The notes: a model not told the origin generated them from the letters alone. A DNA stretch of 64,000 bases from Eledone cirrhosa (GCA_964016885.1 OZ024751.1:11780001-11844000), one strand, 5' to 3'. Numbered from the stretch's first letter, positions 1 through 11,983 are shown. Numbers and translations: made by a program.

Positions 1-122
1 TATTGGTGTATGTGTATTTGTGTGTCCATGCGGCTGCCTAACATTTACAAATATAAATTATATAAATAATATATTCGGTTTTCTATATACATATCGTAAT
101 CTCTCCCCCTCTGACTCATTAA

Positions 123-306
<184 letters not shown>

Positions 307-307
307 T

Positions 308-482
308 GTAAAATTTAAACAGAAATAACAACACAATCAGTATAGTATATGGAAGGGATATATTAGGTTTTACGTTTGATATAGCAGGTAGAGGGTCTTA
401 ACGTTTCGGCCGCTAGTCCTACATCAGAAGAAAGGTTGAGAAATAAGATAGATTCAGGGGACGTGCGGGTTGGAATTGGAAA
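308..482 (-). mobile_element. Penelope-like pseudo-LTR (Neptune-type family) with minimal hammerhead ribozyme
   Basis: Homologous to 60188-60365. The minus strand at 394-433 reads tctt-CTGATGtA-GGAC-tagc-GgCC-GAAAcgTT-aaga. Confidence 0.7.
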
Positions 483-580
483 AGATGGACTTTCACTCCG
501 AAACTGAACTTCCAGCAGGAAATCTTTCGTATCATTCACATTTTGTTTGCTTTATATATATATATATATATTTATATATA

Positions 581-702
581 TAGGTAAGTTATTCCGGGTT
601 GAATCGGAGGTAACCACAGTAAGTAAGGTACTCAATACATAGCAGAGTATCACATTTTTAATATAGATGAGATTCTATAGGACTAGAACTGTTTCATTCG
701 TG

Positions 703-705
<3 letters not shown>
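581..705 (-). mobile_element. PLE-like terminal fragment (family E) between (TA)n tracts
   Basis: Reverse-complement copy at 58650-58727 and a weaker relative near 14673-14780. The minus strand begins with an HHR 3' half (GAAAC-agttcta-GTC). Confidence 0.5.
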
Positions 706-755
<50 letters not shown>

Positions 756-879
756 TGTATTCGGTAAATAACCCCTTCAGTCACAAAGAACCATGGGATT
801 CGCACCTAGAAAGATCTCTTATGAGAGATAAGTCCGGGCAAAGTTGTTTGTGGAAGACCAACAATCGCGCATCTATACT

Positions 880-1022
880 TGTCTTCCCTCTGCATTTCAC
901 ATATGTTGTCCAAGCGATAGGCAATGGCTGATAAGGCTTAAGCCCCAGGGACGTCGCAACTCCTTTCTGCAAGTGAGTAAAATGGGGCATCATGAAATAT
1001 AGCGTCTTACTCAAGGACACCG
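880..1022 (-). mobile_element. Degenerate CORE-type SINE fragment
   Basis: The minus strand reads gtgtccttgagtaagacgctatatttcatg, matching the CORE segment of the copies at 16111 and 51790-52282. Confidence 0.5.
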
Positions 1023-2436
1023 AGAAATAGTGGTGGAATGCTATACAATGCTACAAAATGCAAAAGAGATATCGAGGAATATACGACCCTAATATTGAAT
1101 TAATGTTTTTATAGAACTGGAATGGTTGAAAGGCAAAATTGACCTCAACCGGATGTGACCTCAGAGTGCACAGAACAGGAACACATATTGCGAAACACTT
1201 TATTTGACTTTCTAATCAGTCATAACGCCATATTGTTCATCCCCAGCAACATAGCCAAAGTCTTACACCTAATTATCTTGTATATTATTTTGTAATAAAT
1301 CTTAAAAACAACAGATAAAACAAAATATATTAGGAAGACGAAATAACCAATATTAATCGTATGCAGTAAATAGAGTAAACAGTTTGTCCAATTTAAACAA
1401 GGACGGATTTTTTTGTTTTTTCGACCTAGCAAAGCTAAATGGTTTTTATATGAAATTTAATTTGATATTACCAATAAGAGATCGAACCTGCCTGAAGCTA
1501 TTATTTTGTTTTACAGTAAACAATTAATATGCAAGTTTCTAATATTAATTCTCGATAGTCGCAGCAATTGTAATTAAATCCGATTGACTCTCTTATCTAA
1601 TGAGGCGACTATGTTGACATTCTGCAATGGTCGAGCGTTCACTTGCGATAACTGCAATATTTTAACTTATATATTCAGGGTTATGAATTCAATACTCATA
1701 ATAACGCAGAGAAAAATAACAAAAACAAAAACAAACCCTATGAGCATATAAATAGAGAGATACATATAAGCAGGTATATATACATGTATAAAGAGAGAAA
1801 GAGAGGGTGTGAGAGAGCGAAAGAGAGAGAGAGTACGACTTGGTTACAGGAAGCAATATATTGCCCTTAGATGTCTTGTTTTAAATGTTGCTAATTATAC
1901 ATGCTAAGTATTTTTCTCCGTACAGAAACATTTGTCTTAATTTTAAAGCAGACACATAGAGACGATTTTTTGAAATGTGGTTTTTAATAACACCAAAGCT
2001 TGTCCTAAAATAATACCATATTTGCTAATGAAGATCAGATATCAGATTTTTCATATTAGAGTGAAATTTTCTATGAAATTAAAGCTTAATGTTTCCATAT
2101 TATCTGCTCTTATCTTTCAGAACTAGGATTACTGTTTATTATCTCTAATTAAGAGGATAATTTTAATTAATTTACATAGATATGCTTTCGTCATACTGAC
2201 CAAATAAAACTACCTGGATTACGTAGCTATGTTTACATATAAATGCAGTGAAACTCAAACTAATTTAATCTTTCAAAAGAGATCTCAGAGCATTCCTCCG
2301 TTTTCGGGTATAATTCCCTTTTTGTCCAACAATCGTTAACTTAAAACATTCCTATTTGTCGCTATATCAAAGAGGACTTTCAAAGATACACGCTAACCTG
2401 CATATGAGCGTGTTTATATGTGTAAAGATTTTTACA

Positions 2437-2474
<38 letters not shown>

Positions 2475-2480
<6 letters not shown>

Positions 2481-2932
2481 ATTAAATAAATGGAAACTAT
2501 ATTTATAAAACCATATTTATTTCGTTATATATATTTCAGGGATATCATATTAACAATATGTTATGCCATCTTCAGACAAAATACAATATAAACAGTCTTA
2601 TAAATAAATAGATACGACATACCTTTCAATCACCTTGCATTTGTGAGGTTGATTTGGCAGACTGCCAAATCAACCTCACAAATGCAAGGTGATTGAAAGG
2701 TATGTCGTATCTATTTATTTATAAGACTGTTTATATTGTATTTTGTCTGAAGATGGCATAACATATTGTTAATATGATATCCCTGAAATATATATAACGA
2801 AATAAATATGGTTTTATAAATATAGTTTCCATTTATTTAATATCATAAATATACTCCAAATACTTGTTGAGTGCTTTTATATCAGTTATAAATATTTACT
2901 CGTTGTTAACCCAACAATTTAAATATAACTTT

Positions 2933-2935
<3 letters not shown>
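2475..2935 (+). mobile_element. PLE pseudo-LTR family A: 373-bp fold-back palindrome plus unique tail
   Basis: Arms 2475-2660 and 2662-2847 are exact reverse complements by eye, with a 1-nt axis at 2661. The tail 2848-2935 is shared with the homologous locus 59645-60095. Both ends are flanked by (TA)n. Confidence 0.8.
2739..2804 (+). ncRNA. Type I minimal hammerhead ribozyme (mirror copy on - strand at 2518-2583)
   Basis: Stem I tattttgt/acgaaata; core CTGAAGA at 2747; stem II gg..catatt-gtt-aatatg..cc; GAAA at 2785; self-complementary atatatat stem III region. Confidence 0.6.
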
Positions 2936-2969
<34 letters not shown>

Positions 2970-3155
2970 ACAAACCCTCCATCTCAATTCTACTTTTGAA
3001 AAGCACAACAACTGCGAAACCGGTAAAGGAACCCAATAATTATATGTTTTAAAAAAAGACACCAGCTGCATTTTCGATTTCATCTTTATTCCCTATACCG
3101 CCACTCGTGTAGGACACCTCGTTTTTTTGTTTTTTTTTTGTAAAAAAAACCTCAC

Positions 3156-3196
<41 letters not shown>

Positions 3197-3429
3197 TTTC
3201 GAGGTTTTTGATATGAAATCGTGTGTCGAAACAAATACTGTTATACTTGGGGAGGCTGATATTGTTGTAATAATATTGCCAGAATTAATAACAGAACACA
3301 CTCACTGTTTGGTTGGTTTTCGCTTCTGTATCTTTTATATCAATTAATTCATTCGGTCCTCAATGTTTTCCATTGACTGATCAACGTTCAAAAATACAGA
3401 TATAATATAGATATAAACACATATATATA

Positions 3430-4502
3430 GTCTACCAAAGTTATTTCGTAGCAAACCATGGCCTCCAAATACCTCATACTAAAAAACTCAACAATGTCAA
3501 GTAGTGCTAAGTTTAACATTCTGATCACAGACATGGTGCGAGTGATAAAGAACGTGTCCCGCATGTGCGACCCCAAAAAATGGAAAGACACATGCAACAC
3601 TTCATGAACCGCATGCAGTTCTCTGACTATAACCAATGAGACAGAATCAGAATATGCGAAGGAGCCAAGGAGTGTCATATTCGTGGACGCTACCCCTGGA
3701 GGGAAATTAGCTAACCAGTGTAGAAAGGCACTGAGAAAAACCCACTTAAATATTAAAGTGGTAGAAAAGCCAGGTATTATCATACAATTCCCGATCAGCA
3801 AAACACGTCCTTTTAAGAAAAGCCACTGTACTAATAGGAAATGTATCATATGTTAGGTAAACCCCCGGATAAACTGTAAAACTAGAAACGTAGTCTATAG
3901 CATAAGATGTACAGAGGGTACTTGCAGAAACATGACAACAACATACATAGGCAAGACAGCTCGTTGCATAGGTAAAAGGATAGACCAACACTGGAGGGAA
4001 CTAAAAGGACGAAAAAACAGTTCAGTACTATACAAACACGCCAGACAACAACACGACGGGAACGTAGACACCATAGAAATTAAAATAATATCTAAACATA
4101 GAAATGACCCAGCAGATAAGCAAATCAGATAGGCCAGCGAAATAGAACTTACAAGTCCAAAGCTAAACGGAAAAAATGAATGGAATAACAACTACACCCA
4201 AACAAACAATACTGACTTAAGAGAAATATAAATAAATAAATAAATAAATATATACACAAGCACAATAACAAAAAACACATATAAACACACACTAGTAAAC
4301 TAAGATAGATTACAATAACCAAAACACAGTCACCCAAACGAGAACACACATCAAACACTATACACATACGCAAGCGCATACGCAGAGAAGAAGACAAAAA
4401 AAAATAAACAGATAAAATAAAGATGGCGTAGATATACAATAAAAAGGAGCAACATAATTCACCACTGACGATGTTGCAAATGTGCAGCGAAAGAACTTTG
4501 TT

Positions 4503-4507
<5 letters not shown>
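3430..4507 (+). pseudogene. Decayed Penelope-like retroelement, RT thumb + Cys linker + GIY-YIG endonuclease (Naiad-like)
   Basis: Manual translation: MASKYLILKNSTMSSSAKFNIL..., then after a frameshift FMNRMQFSDY, VIFVDATPGGKLA...IKVVEKPG...CTNRKCIIC*...CKTRNVVYSIRC...YIGKTARCIGKRIDQH...LYKHARQQH...LNGKNEW. It has two in-frame TAG stops. A partial HHR CTGACGA-t-GTTGCA-aatg-TGCAGC-GAAA at about 4464-4491 precedes (TA)n. The clade label comes from motif recall. Confidence 0.85.
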
Positions 4508-4777
<270 letters not shown>

Positions 4778-5790
4778 TATTTATTAAAATAACAGATTAA
4801 AGTTTAAGTAAAGAAATGTATACCTTCTCGTACGTATATTTGACTGTTATGGCGTATCATTTTTACATATTCTGGTATTTAGGGTTTGGCTATGTGTATA
4901 CGGGAGTTTTGCGTCCGAGTGAGTATGCAGGTTCGTACGTATGGTGGGTGTGTGTATATGTGTACTTCTTGTTTTAGTTGACTTACGTCTCCGAACATTC
5001 GTGTATTTATATGTAGGTATGTGTGTGCGCTTGTTATATACGTATTTATTTACTTATATACGTTTATATAATTATTTATTTATTTGTACACAAGCATACA
5101 CACACACACATATTTATATGTGCGTGGTTTTGTATACCTATGGTAAGGTTTTGCGTATGCTTGTGTATGTACGTATCTGTTTGCGTGTATGTATTTATTT
5201 GTTTCTATTACTTCTGTATCGTATTTATTTACTTTGTTCTTAACTCTGTAGCGGAGATTCATTTGGTCTCCTAGTTAGAATTTTAGTCTACGACTTCTGC
5301 TATACCATTTACGTGGTTTTGTCTTTGCGTGCTTTTGTTCTCCACGCTCCACATATGACTTATTATCTTCGTTTTTTCGTTCATTGCCAGAGAACGTCTA
5401 TATACACCACCTAAGAGAACATTAGTCTACGACCTCTTTTATACCATAAACGTGGTTTTGTCTTTGCGCGTAATTGTTTTTCACCGCTCCTATTAATGAC
5501 GTATTATTCTTTTTTTCCCGTTCTTTGCCAGCGAACGTTACCACGAACCAAAGTATCGTCTTCCTGTCTTCCTCCGGCTGCAACGTTTTTTGAAATATCC
5601 AGTTCTGCGTTTACAGATTGACTTTGTTAGTTTCAGAAGATCCCGTTAAGGATGAAAGCAGCGATTCTTTGCTTAAACTTTAATCTGTTATTTTAATAAA
5701 TATTTGCTCTACGGTTCTTATATATTTGATATACATTTTCCTTATCGAGCCCTCTTTGGATTTTAGTCTTCAATTTTATTATTATTACTA
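4778..5790 (+). mobile_element. Non-autonomous PLE family C: inverted partial pLTR, non-coding body, 3' pLTR
   Basis: 4780-4815 is the reverse complement of 5666-5700. The 3' pLTR 5630-5790 recurs at 37955-38100 (-) and 59113-59330 (+). An internal ~140-bp direct duplication lies at 5284-5398 / 5423-5538. Confidence 0.7.
5615..5686 (+). ncRNA. Hammerhead-like motif with variant core CAGAAGA
   Basis: Stem I agttt/aaact extended by agattga/ttaatct; core CAGAAGA at 5634; stem II ccc-gttaa-gg(g); GAAA; stem III agca/tgct; putative CUU cleavage triplet. Confidence 0.45.
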
Positions 5791-5870
5791 TATACATATA
5801 GTATTATTATTGGCAACATGACCCTCCCAAAGTATGACAATATATACATATATATATATATATATATACA

Positions 5871-5914
<44 letters not shown>

Positions 5915-6488
5915 TTATATATATATATATATATAATTAACAAGCCCCGATGTGAAACACTGATGGTTGTCCATTTCCACAAACTCTTCGTGTATGGTCC
6001 AAAGAAAAAACTTATTATAAATATTGTATGTACTATAGTTCTACAAAGACCTTTTTTAATTTTCGTAGAATACGTTTTTCTTTTATAATCTTTATGGTTT
6101 TCTGTATTTAGTCATCCTAAATAAATTTCTAAAATTTTGTTATGCAATATTTAAATACATTTCAACATCTTTTATTCTAAAAAAAAAAAGGGACATTACG
6201 ACAGATGACAATAGGTGCCTTATGTATAGATCTGAGCAAAGAAAAGATCGGGGCGAAATCCGGGAGGCTGGTACATATATATATAATCCGAATGGTTTTT
6301 TTCGTTGCTTTGGTATTATGTGTCTAGACTTACCTGTAATTTTCAATTAATCAAGCTGTCTAACGTATCTTATTACTCTAAGGTGACCCAACCTTATCGA
6401 GTGCTTTGCTGTACATTCTTAACTGTATAACCTTAGCTTGGCCACAGCCAAAACTTCCATTTTACTAAACTTCCACTTGAATATATAA

Positions 6489-6536
<48 letters not shown>

Positions 6537-6594
6537 CTGTGTGTGTGTGTGTGTGTGTCTGTGTGTTTATTTGTATATGCATGTATATATATGT

Positions 6595-6682
<88 letters not shown>

Positions 6683-6701
6683 GTTTGTACATGTGCATAC
6701 T

Positions 6702-6741
<40 letters not shown>

Positions 6742-6887
6742 CATCTATTTAAAGATTTGCATATAACCTCATATAAACTTATTCACACATTTGTTCTTCA
6801 AATATTGTATAAAACATTAAACCGCCTTCCATCATCGCCTGTCACGTTTTACATTATTTCAATTCTTCTCAGCAAATATATATTTGT

Positions 6888-6940
<53 letters not shown>

Positions 6941-7375
6941 AACAATGGGGATATATATATATGCTTATGTCTATGTAAATACACTCACCGTCAGAGATAC
7001 ACAATCTCAAACACATACACACATATATATGTGCATATATGTAAGTGTGTGTATGTGTCTATGTATATTTACTTCTTTTTAATATATTTTAATTAAGATT
7101 TTTCAGTTGCCCGCCAGCCATTTACCCTGACACTAAAAGCCGCTCTGCATTTAAAATTTCATGTTATCCAATGCATAAGTTCTTTATGCATACATGTAAA
7201 AACGTGTACAAATATACATATATATTATATATATATATATACATATGTGCGTGCGTGTGTGTTTCCATGTGAGTGTCTGGTTGTGTATCAGTATATATAT
7301 ATATATATATATATACATATGTGCGTGCGTGTATGTTTCCATGTGAGTGTCTGGTTGTGTATCAGTATACATACA

Positions 7376-7463
<88 letters not shown>

Positions 7464-7599
7464 CATAGTGGTGCATGCATAGCTAGATTTGCTTGTATAT
7501 CTGTACAAATACAAACTCAGAAACATACCGGCCATTACGCAAATATTAACATGAGTACTTTGTCGTCACCTACGTCGATTCTCACCGCAAATCATAAGA

Positions 7600-7669
<70 letters not shown>

Positions 7670-7683
7670 ATATATATATATAT

Positions 7684-7721
<38 letters not shown>

Positions 7722-8020
7722 GTATGTATGTATGAATATTCACATATAAACTATGTTGGATATATAAAAGCATGTATGCTTATATATAACTACAACATGA
7801 ATATATATATTTTCGTTTGTCTTAAAAAATATTCTAATATATTTTTACATATTCATCCATGTAGATATGCGTGTGAATTGTAAATGTTCATATTTCTACT
7901 TAGTCATATGCCTTGTATGAGTCTTCATCGAGGTTCGCTTCTACGTATATAATATTAAATATATATGTTCATATATTTTCTACTTCTTTACCGACCTCTC
8001 TCTGTTTAATTCACTATTTA

Positions 8021-8029
8021 TTTATCTAT

Positions 8030-8073
<44 letters not shown>

Positions 8074-8371
8074 ATATCTATCTATCTATCTATCTATGGG
8101 CCTTCGCTCTATATCAGCCTGTAGGTTGAGGAAAAGGAGGAGGAGAGGAAAGGAGTACAAGCTCTTCGTACACCTGGAGATGAGGGTTGCACATTTTTTT
8201 TCGGGGAAAATCGACTAACTTTTAAATTCCATCTGTGATAACATTTTACACGTTTTTATTGTATGTAAACTTCCCCCTTTGTATTTGTCCCCTTCTTTTG
8301 TGCCCCTGTGGCTAATAAAGAAATATATCTATCTATCTATCTATATCTATCTATCTATCTATCTATCTATG

Positions 8372-8414
<43 letters not shown>

Positions 8415-8440
8415 ATCTATCTATCTATCTATCTATCTAT
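8021..8440. repeat. (TATC)n microsatellite split by LINE insertions
   Basis: TATC tracts at 8021-8097 and 8324-8440, continuing as a degenerate tract at 10344-10395. Confidence 0.95.
8098..8323 (+). mobile_element. Severely 5'-truncated Tx1-like LINE (last codons + 3' UTR)
   Basis: Encodes GPSLYISL*, the same C-terminus as the ORF ending at 10081. The 3' UTR ends gtggctaataaagaaa directly into (TATC)n. Confidence 0.85.
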
Positions 8441-10081
8441 GTGGATGCGGTGCTAGCGGCGGCAGGCTTCGGACCCGTTTTCAGGGGCTGGATCACTGCT
8501 ATGCACAGCAGCCGCATCTGCTCTAGGGTCAAGGTGAACGGCTACCTCTCGGAGCCGTTCAAAATCGTGCGGTCCATCCGACAAGGGTGCCCTCTCTCCT
8601 CCCTTCTGTATGTGTTGACTCTCGAGCCACTACTGCGGAAGTTGGAGTTGTTGCAGGGCATCCCTTTGGAACCGGGATTGCGGAAAGCGGTGTCGGCCTA
8701 CGCCGATGACGTGACAGTAATGGTGTCGACGGCCTCCGAAATCGAGGCGGTCGGCACCTTACTGGAGGAGTACGAAAAGTTCACAGGGGCTAAGCTGAAC
8801 CGGGACAAGTCGATCGGTTTGCAACTCGGCACGTGGAGGGGCAGACCGACGCCCTCCGATGGCGTCGTCGGACGCTGGACGGAGGGCCCGGTGAAGTTGC
8901 TCGGGGTCTGGTTCGGACCGGACCTCCAGGTGGAGAAAAACTGGGCGGAGGTTACGAACAGGGTGTTTGCACTGACCCAGAAGTGGGCCAGTTGCAAACT
9001 ATCCCTGAAAGGTCGGGCGGAGGTGGCGAACACCTACATAGCATCCGTCATCTACTACCGCCTGACCGTAGTGCCCTGCCCAAGGGAAACCCTCACCAAG
9101 ATGGAGCGCGCGCTCTTCCAATTCCTTTGGAAGAGGCGGGCTCCTATGGTGAGGAGATCCATCTGCTGTCAACACCCTTCGAAAGGAGGGCTGGGGATGC
9201 CGTGGCTAATGATGCGTAAACACGCATTAAGGCTACGGCACCTCTACGTATTCCTCACCGGACAACCGGTGTGGGCCTCGTTTGTGAGACGAACCTTTCC
9301 CAGACTCGTCTCACTCACCGAGCTGCAATCCTGGGTCAAGCAAAGACCGAGAAAACTGGGCGCCTGGCACACTGAGTGTGCCCAGGCGCTCACCGCCCTC
9401 TGGCAGGCGGATCCGGTTATCAGTGGAGACTCCACCGCAACATTCTATAGAGGGCTGGTACGCAGCAGGTGCGACGACGCCCTCGGAGAAGCCCTAGACA
9501 TGGAGGAGGACGAACTGGCAAGCCTGTTCGGTAGGACATTCAGCCCGGGACCTATGGACAACTTCCAGAAGTCCCTGGCCTGGCAGTGCTACCGAGGGGC
9601 TTTACCCGTTCGAGAAAGGCTCTACAGACACGGGCGCCCGGGTAGGGACCCCGCCAAAAAGATCTGTCCCAGATGCGTGTGCGACGAGGAAACCGTTGCA
9701 CACGCATTGGTACACTGCTCGGGCGTAGCCGATCTGTGGGGCTATGTCGAACAACTGCTGTCAAGGGTGGGACCGATCCGGTTGACCACCGAGTCTATTG
9801 TAATGATCAAGCCGCCTCCCCCCTTCAAAGATGAAGCAGAGGCGGTGTTTCTGTGCGTAATAGCCATGGCGAAAGAGGTTGTATGGTGGACGCGTCTGAA
9901 AGGACTGAGGTCAGGCACCTTTCTCTCTGGCCAACAACTGGTCCGTTTCTTCCGATATCATTTCGGAAGAAGGATCAGGATGGAGAGAGAGGTGCTGCAC
10001 CCCAGTCGTTTTTATGAAAGGTGGGTGAAAGTGGCGAGAATGGCCCGTGTGAATGGGCCTTCTCTTTACATAAGCCTGTAG
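8441..10081 (+). CDS. 5'-truncated ORF2 of an L1/Tx1-clade non-LTR retrotransposon (RT + zf-RVT)
   Basis: Uninterrupted frame with IRQGCPLS, SAYADDVTV, GAKLNRDKS, KLLGVWF, GGLG and the C-terminal CPRC-x4-ETVAHALVHC. GC-rich. The first ~54 aa of the track ORF (8279-8440) are UTR and microsatellite. Confidence 0.95.
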   Translation: MDAVLAAAGFGPVFRGWITAMHSSRICSRVKVNGYLSEPFKIVRSIRQGCPLSSLLYVLTLEPLLRKLELLQGIPLEPGLRKAVSAYADDVTVMVSTASEIEAVGTLLEEYEKFTGAKLNRDKSIGLQLGTWRGRPTPSDGVVGRWTEGPVKLLGVWFGPDLQVEKNWAEVTNRVFALTQKWASCKLSLKGRAEVANTYIASVIYYRLTVVPCPRETLTKMERALFQFLWKRRAPMVRRSICCQHPSKGGLGMPWLMMRKHALRLRHLYVFLTGQPVWASFVRRTFPRLVSLTELQSWVKQRPRKLGAWHTECAQALTALWQADPVISGDSTATFYRGLVRSRCDDALGEALDMEEDELASLFGRTFSPGPMDNFQKSLAWQCYRGALPVRERLYRHGRPGRDPAKKICPRCVCDEETVAHALVHCSGVADLWGYVEQLLSRVGPIRLTTESIVMIKPPPPFKDEAEAVFLCVIAMAKEVVWWTRLKGLRSGTFLSGQQLVRFFRYHFGRRIRMEREVLHPSRFYERWVKVARMARVNGPSLYISL

Positions 10082-10343
10082 GTGGAGAAGAGGAAGGAAC
10101 GAGGGAGCACCCCCTCTCTGTGCTCCTGAGGAAAAGGGTTGCACACTTTTTTCGGGGGTGTGTGCGACCCCCCAAGGCGCCTCCTCTCTATTGAGGATTT
10201 TGTTATAAATTTTATTTTTTGTTATATCTTATTTTATTTTTATATTTTGTTATTGCCTCCTCCTTATTGAGGACGCCTTTTTGTGTAAACTCCCCCCTTT
10301 GTACTTGTCCCACTTTTGATGCCCTAGTGGCAAATAAAAGAAA
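8441..10343 (+). mobile_element. Tx1-like LINE copy including 3' UTR
   Basis: The 3' UTR ends gtggcaaataaaagaaa with no poly(A) and is flanked by TATC repeats on both sides. Confidence 0.9.
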
Positions 10344-10859
10344 CATATCTATGTATCTATCTATCTACCTATCCATATATCTAAGCATCTACCTTTATGT
10401 ACCCATTACTCATTAGAACCATATGTTTGTGTATCGAGTTATTCATTATTTTAGTTACATTTAAGTATCAAGTTGATATTTCATATTTTTTGTGAATGCG
10501 CTCCACTATTAAATGTGTTGAAATGTGTATAAATATTTCAAAACTATACCATATAGTATGCTTATAATATAATGGAATATTCTTTCCAGTTTGGGAAATT
10601 TTGTTTCAGAAAAATCATCTATGGCTGTAATATGAATTGGTAGGCTTTGATTTTGAATATCTAGAGTACCGGCCATAGGCGTAATGCTGCTGGCTTATTT
10701 ATGACTGTGTGGATTTAGTTAGGCGGAGCCTGCAATTCCCTTATCCGTTAATGTGTAGGATCTATTTATCATCGATGCTTCACCATATTGTATATATTTT
10801 CGAACTTTGGAGTGGAGTTTAGTACTGGCTGGTTTTTAGTTTGAATGAATTTAGAGGCT

Positions 10860-11983
10860 GGTAATAATTGTTTCTACTTTAGGCACAAGACCAGCAAATA
10901 CCCAGTGCATTACTGGTACTTTATTTTATGGTAATAATTGTTTCTACTTTAGGCACAAGACCAGCAATTACCCAGTGCATTACTGGTACTTTATTTTATG
11001 GTAATAATTGTTTCTACTTTAGGCACAAGACCAGCAATTACCCAGTGCATTACTGGTACTTTATTTTATGGTAATAATTGTTTCTACTTTTGGCACAAGA
11101 CCAGTAATTATCCCAGTACATTACTGGTACTTTATTTTATGGTAATAATTGTTTCTACTTTTGGCACAAGACCAGTAATTATCCCAGTACATTACTGGTA
11201 CTTTATTTTATGGTAATAATTGTTTCTACTTTAGGCACAAGACCAGCAATTACCCAGTGCATTACTGGTACTTTATTTTATGGTAATAATTGTTTCTACT
11301 TTTGGCACAAGACCAGTAATTATCCCAGTGCATTACTGGTACTTTATTTTATGGTAATAATTGTTTCTACTTTAGGCACAAGACCAGCAATTACCCAGTG
11401 CATTACTGGTACTTTATTTTATGGTAATAATTGTTTCTACTTTTGGCACAAGACCAGTAATTATCCCAGTGCATTACTGGTACTTTATTTTATGGTAATA
11501 ATTGTTTCTACTTTAGGCACAAGACCAGCAATTACCCAGTGCATTACTGGTACTTTATTTGATGGTAATAATTGTTTCTACTTTTGGCACAAGACCAGCA
11601 ATTACCCAGTGCATTACTGGTACTTTATTTTATGGTAATAATGGTTTCTGATTTAGGCACAAGACCAGCAATTACCCAGTGCATTACTGGTACTTTATTT
11701 TATGGTAATAATGGTTTCTGATTTAGGCACAAGACCAGCAATTACCCAGTGCATTACTGGTACTTTATTTTATGGTAATAATGGTTTCTGATTTAGGCAC
11801 AAGACCAGCAATTACCCAGTGCATTACTGGTACTTTATTTTATGGTAATAATGGTTTCTGATTTAGGCACAAGACCAGCAATTACCCAGTGCATTACTGG
11901 TACTTTATTTTATGGTAATAATGGTTTCTGATTTAGGCACAAGACCAGCAATTACCCAGTGCATTACTGGTACTTTATTTTAT
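10860..11983 (-). repeat. SINE-tail-derived tandem array, ~16 x 70-71 bp
   Basis: The unit ggtaataattgtttctactttaggcacaagaccagcaattacccagtgcattactggtactttattttat is the reverse complement of the SINE 3' end plus ggtaat(aat). Confidence 0.95.

Noticed and set aside
3853-4132. Selenocysteine recoding of the in-frame stops in the Naiad-like element
   Set aside because: Both stops are TAG at non-Cys positions and the copy also has frameshifts, so this is simple decay.
3388-4191. Minus-strand ORFs of 153, 81 and 98 aa
   Set aside because: They are antisense shadows of the + strand Penelope-like relic.
8279-8440. N-terminal 54 aa of the 600-aa ORF
   Set aside because: It is the 3' UTR of the short LINE copy plus (TATC)n, in frame by chance. 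The true element starts at about 8441.
10860-11983. CRISPR-like regular repeat array (also 20260-21509)
   Set aside because: There are no unique spacers and no cas genes. The units are SINE fragments in eukaryotic DNA.
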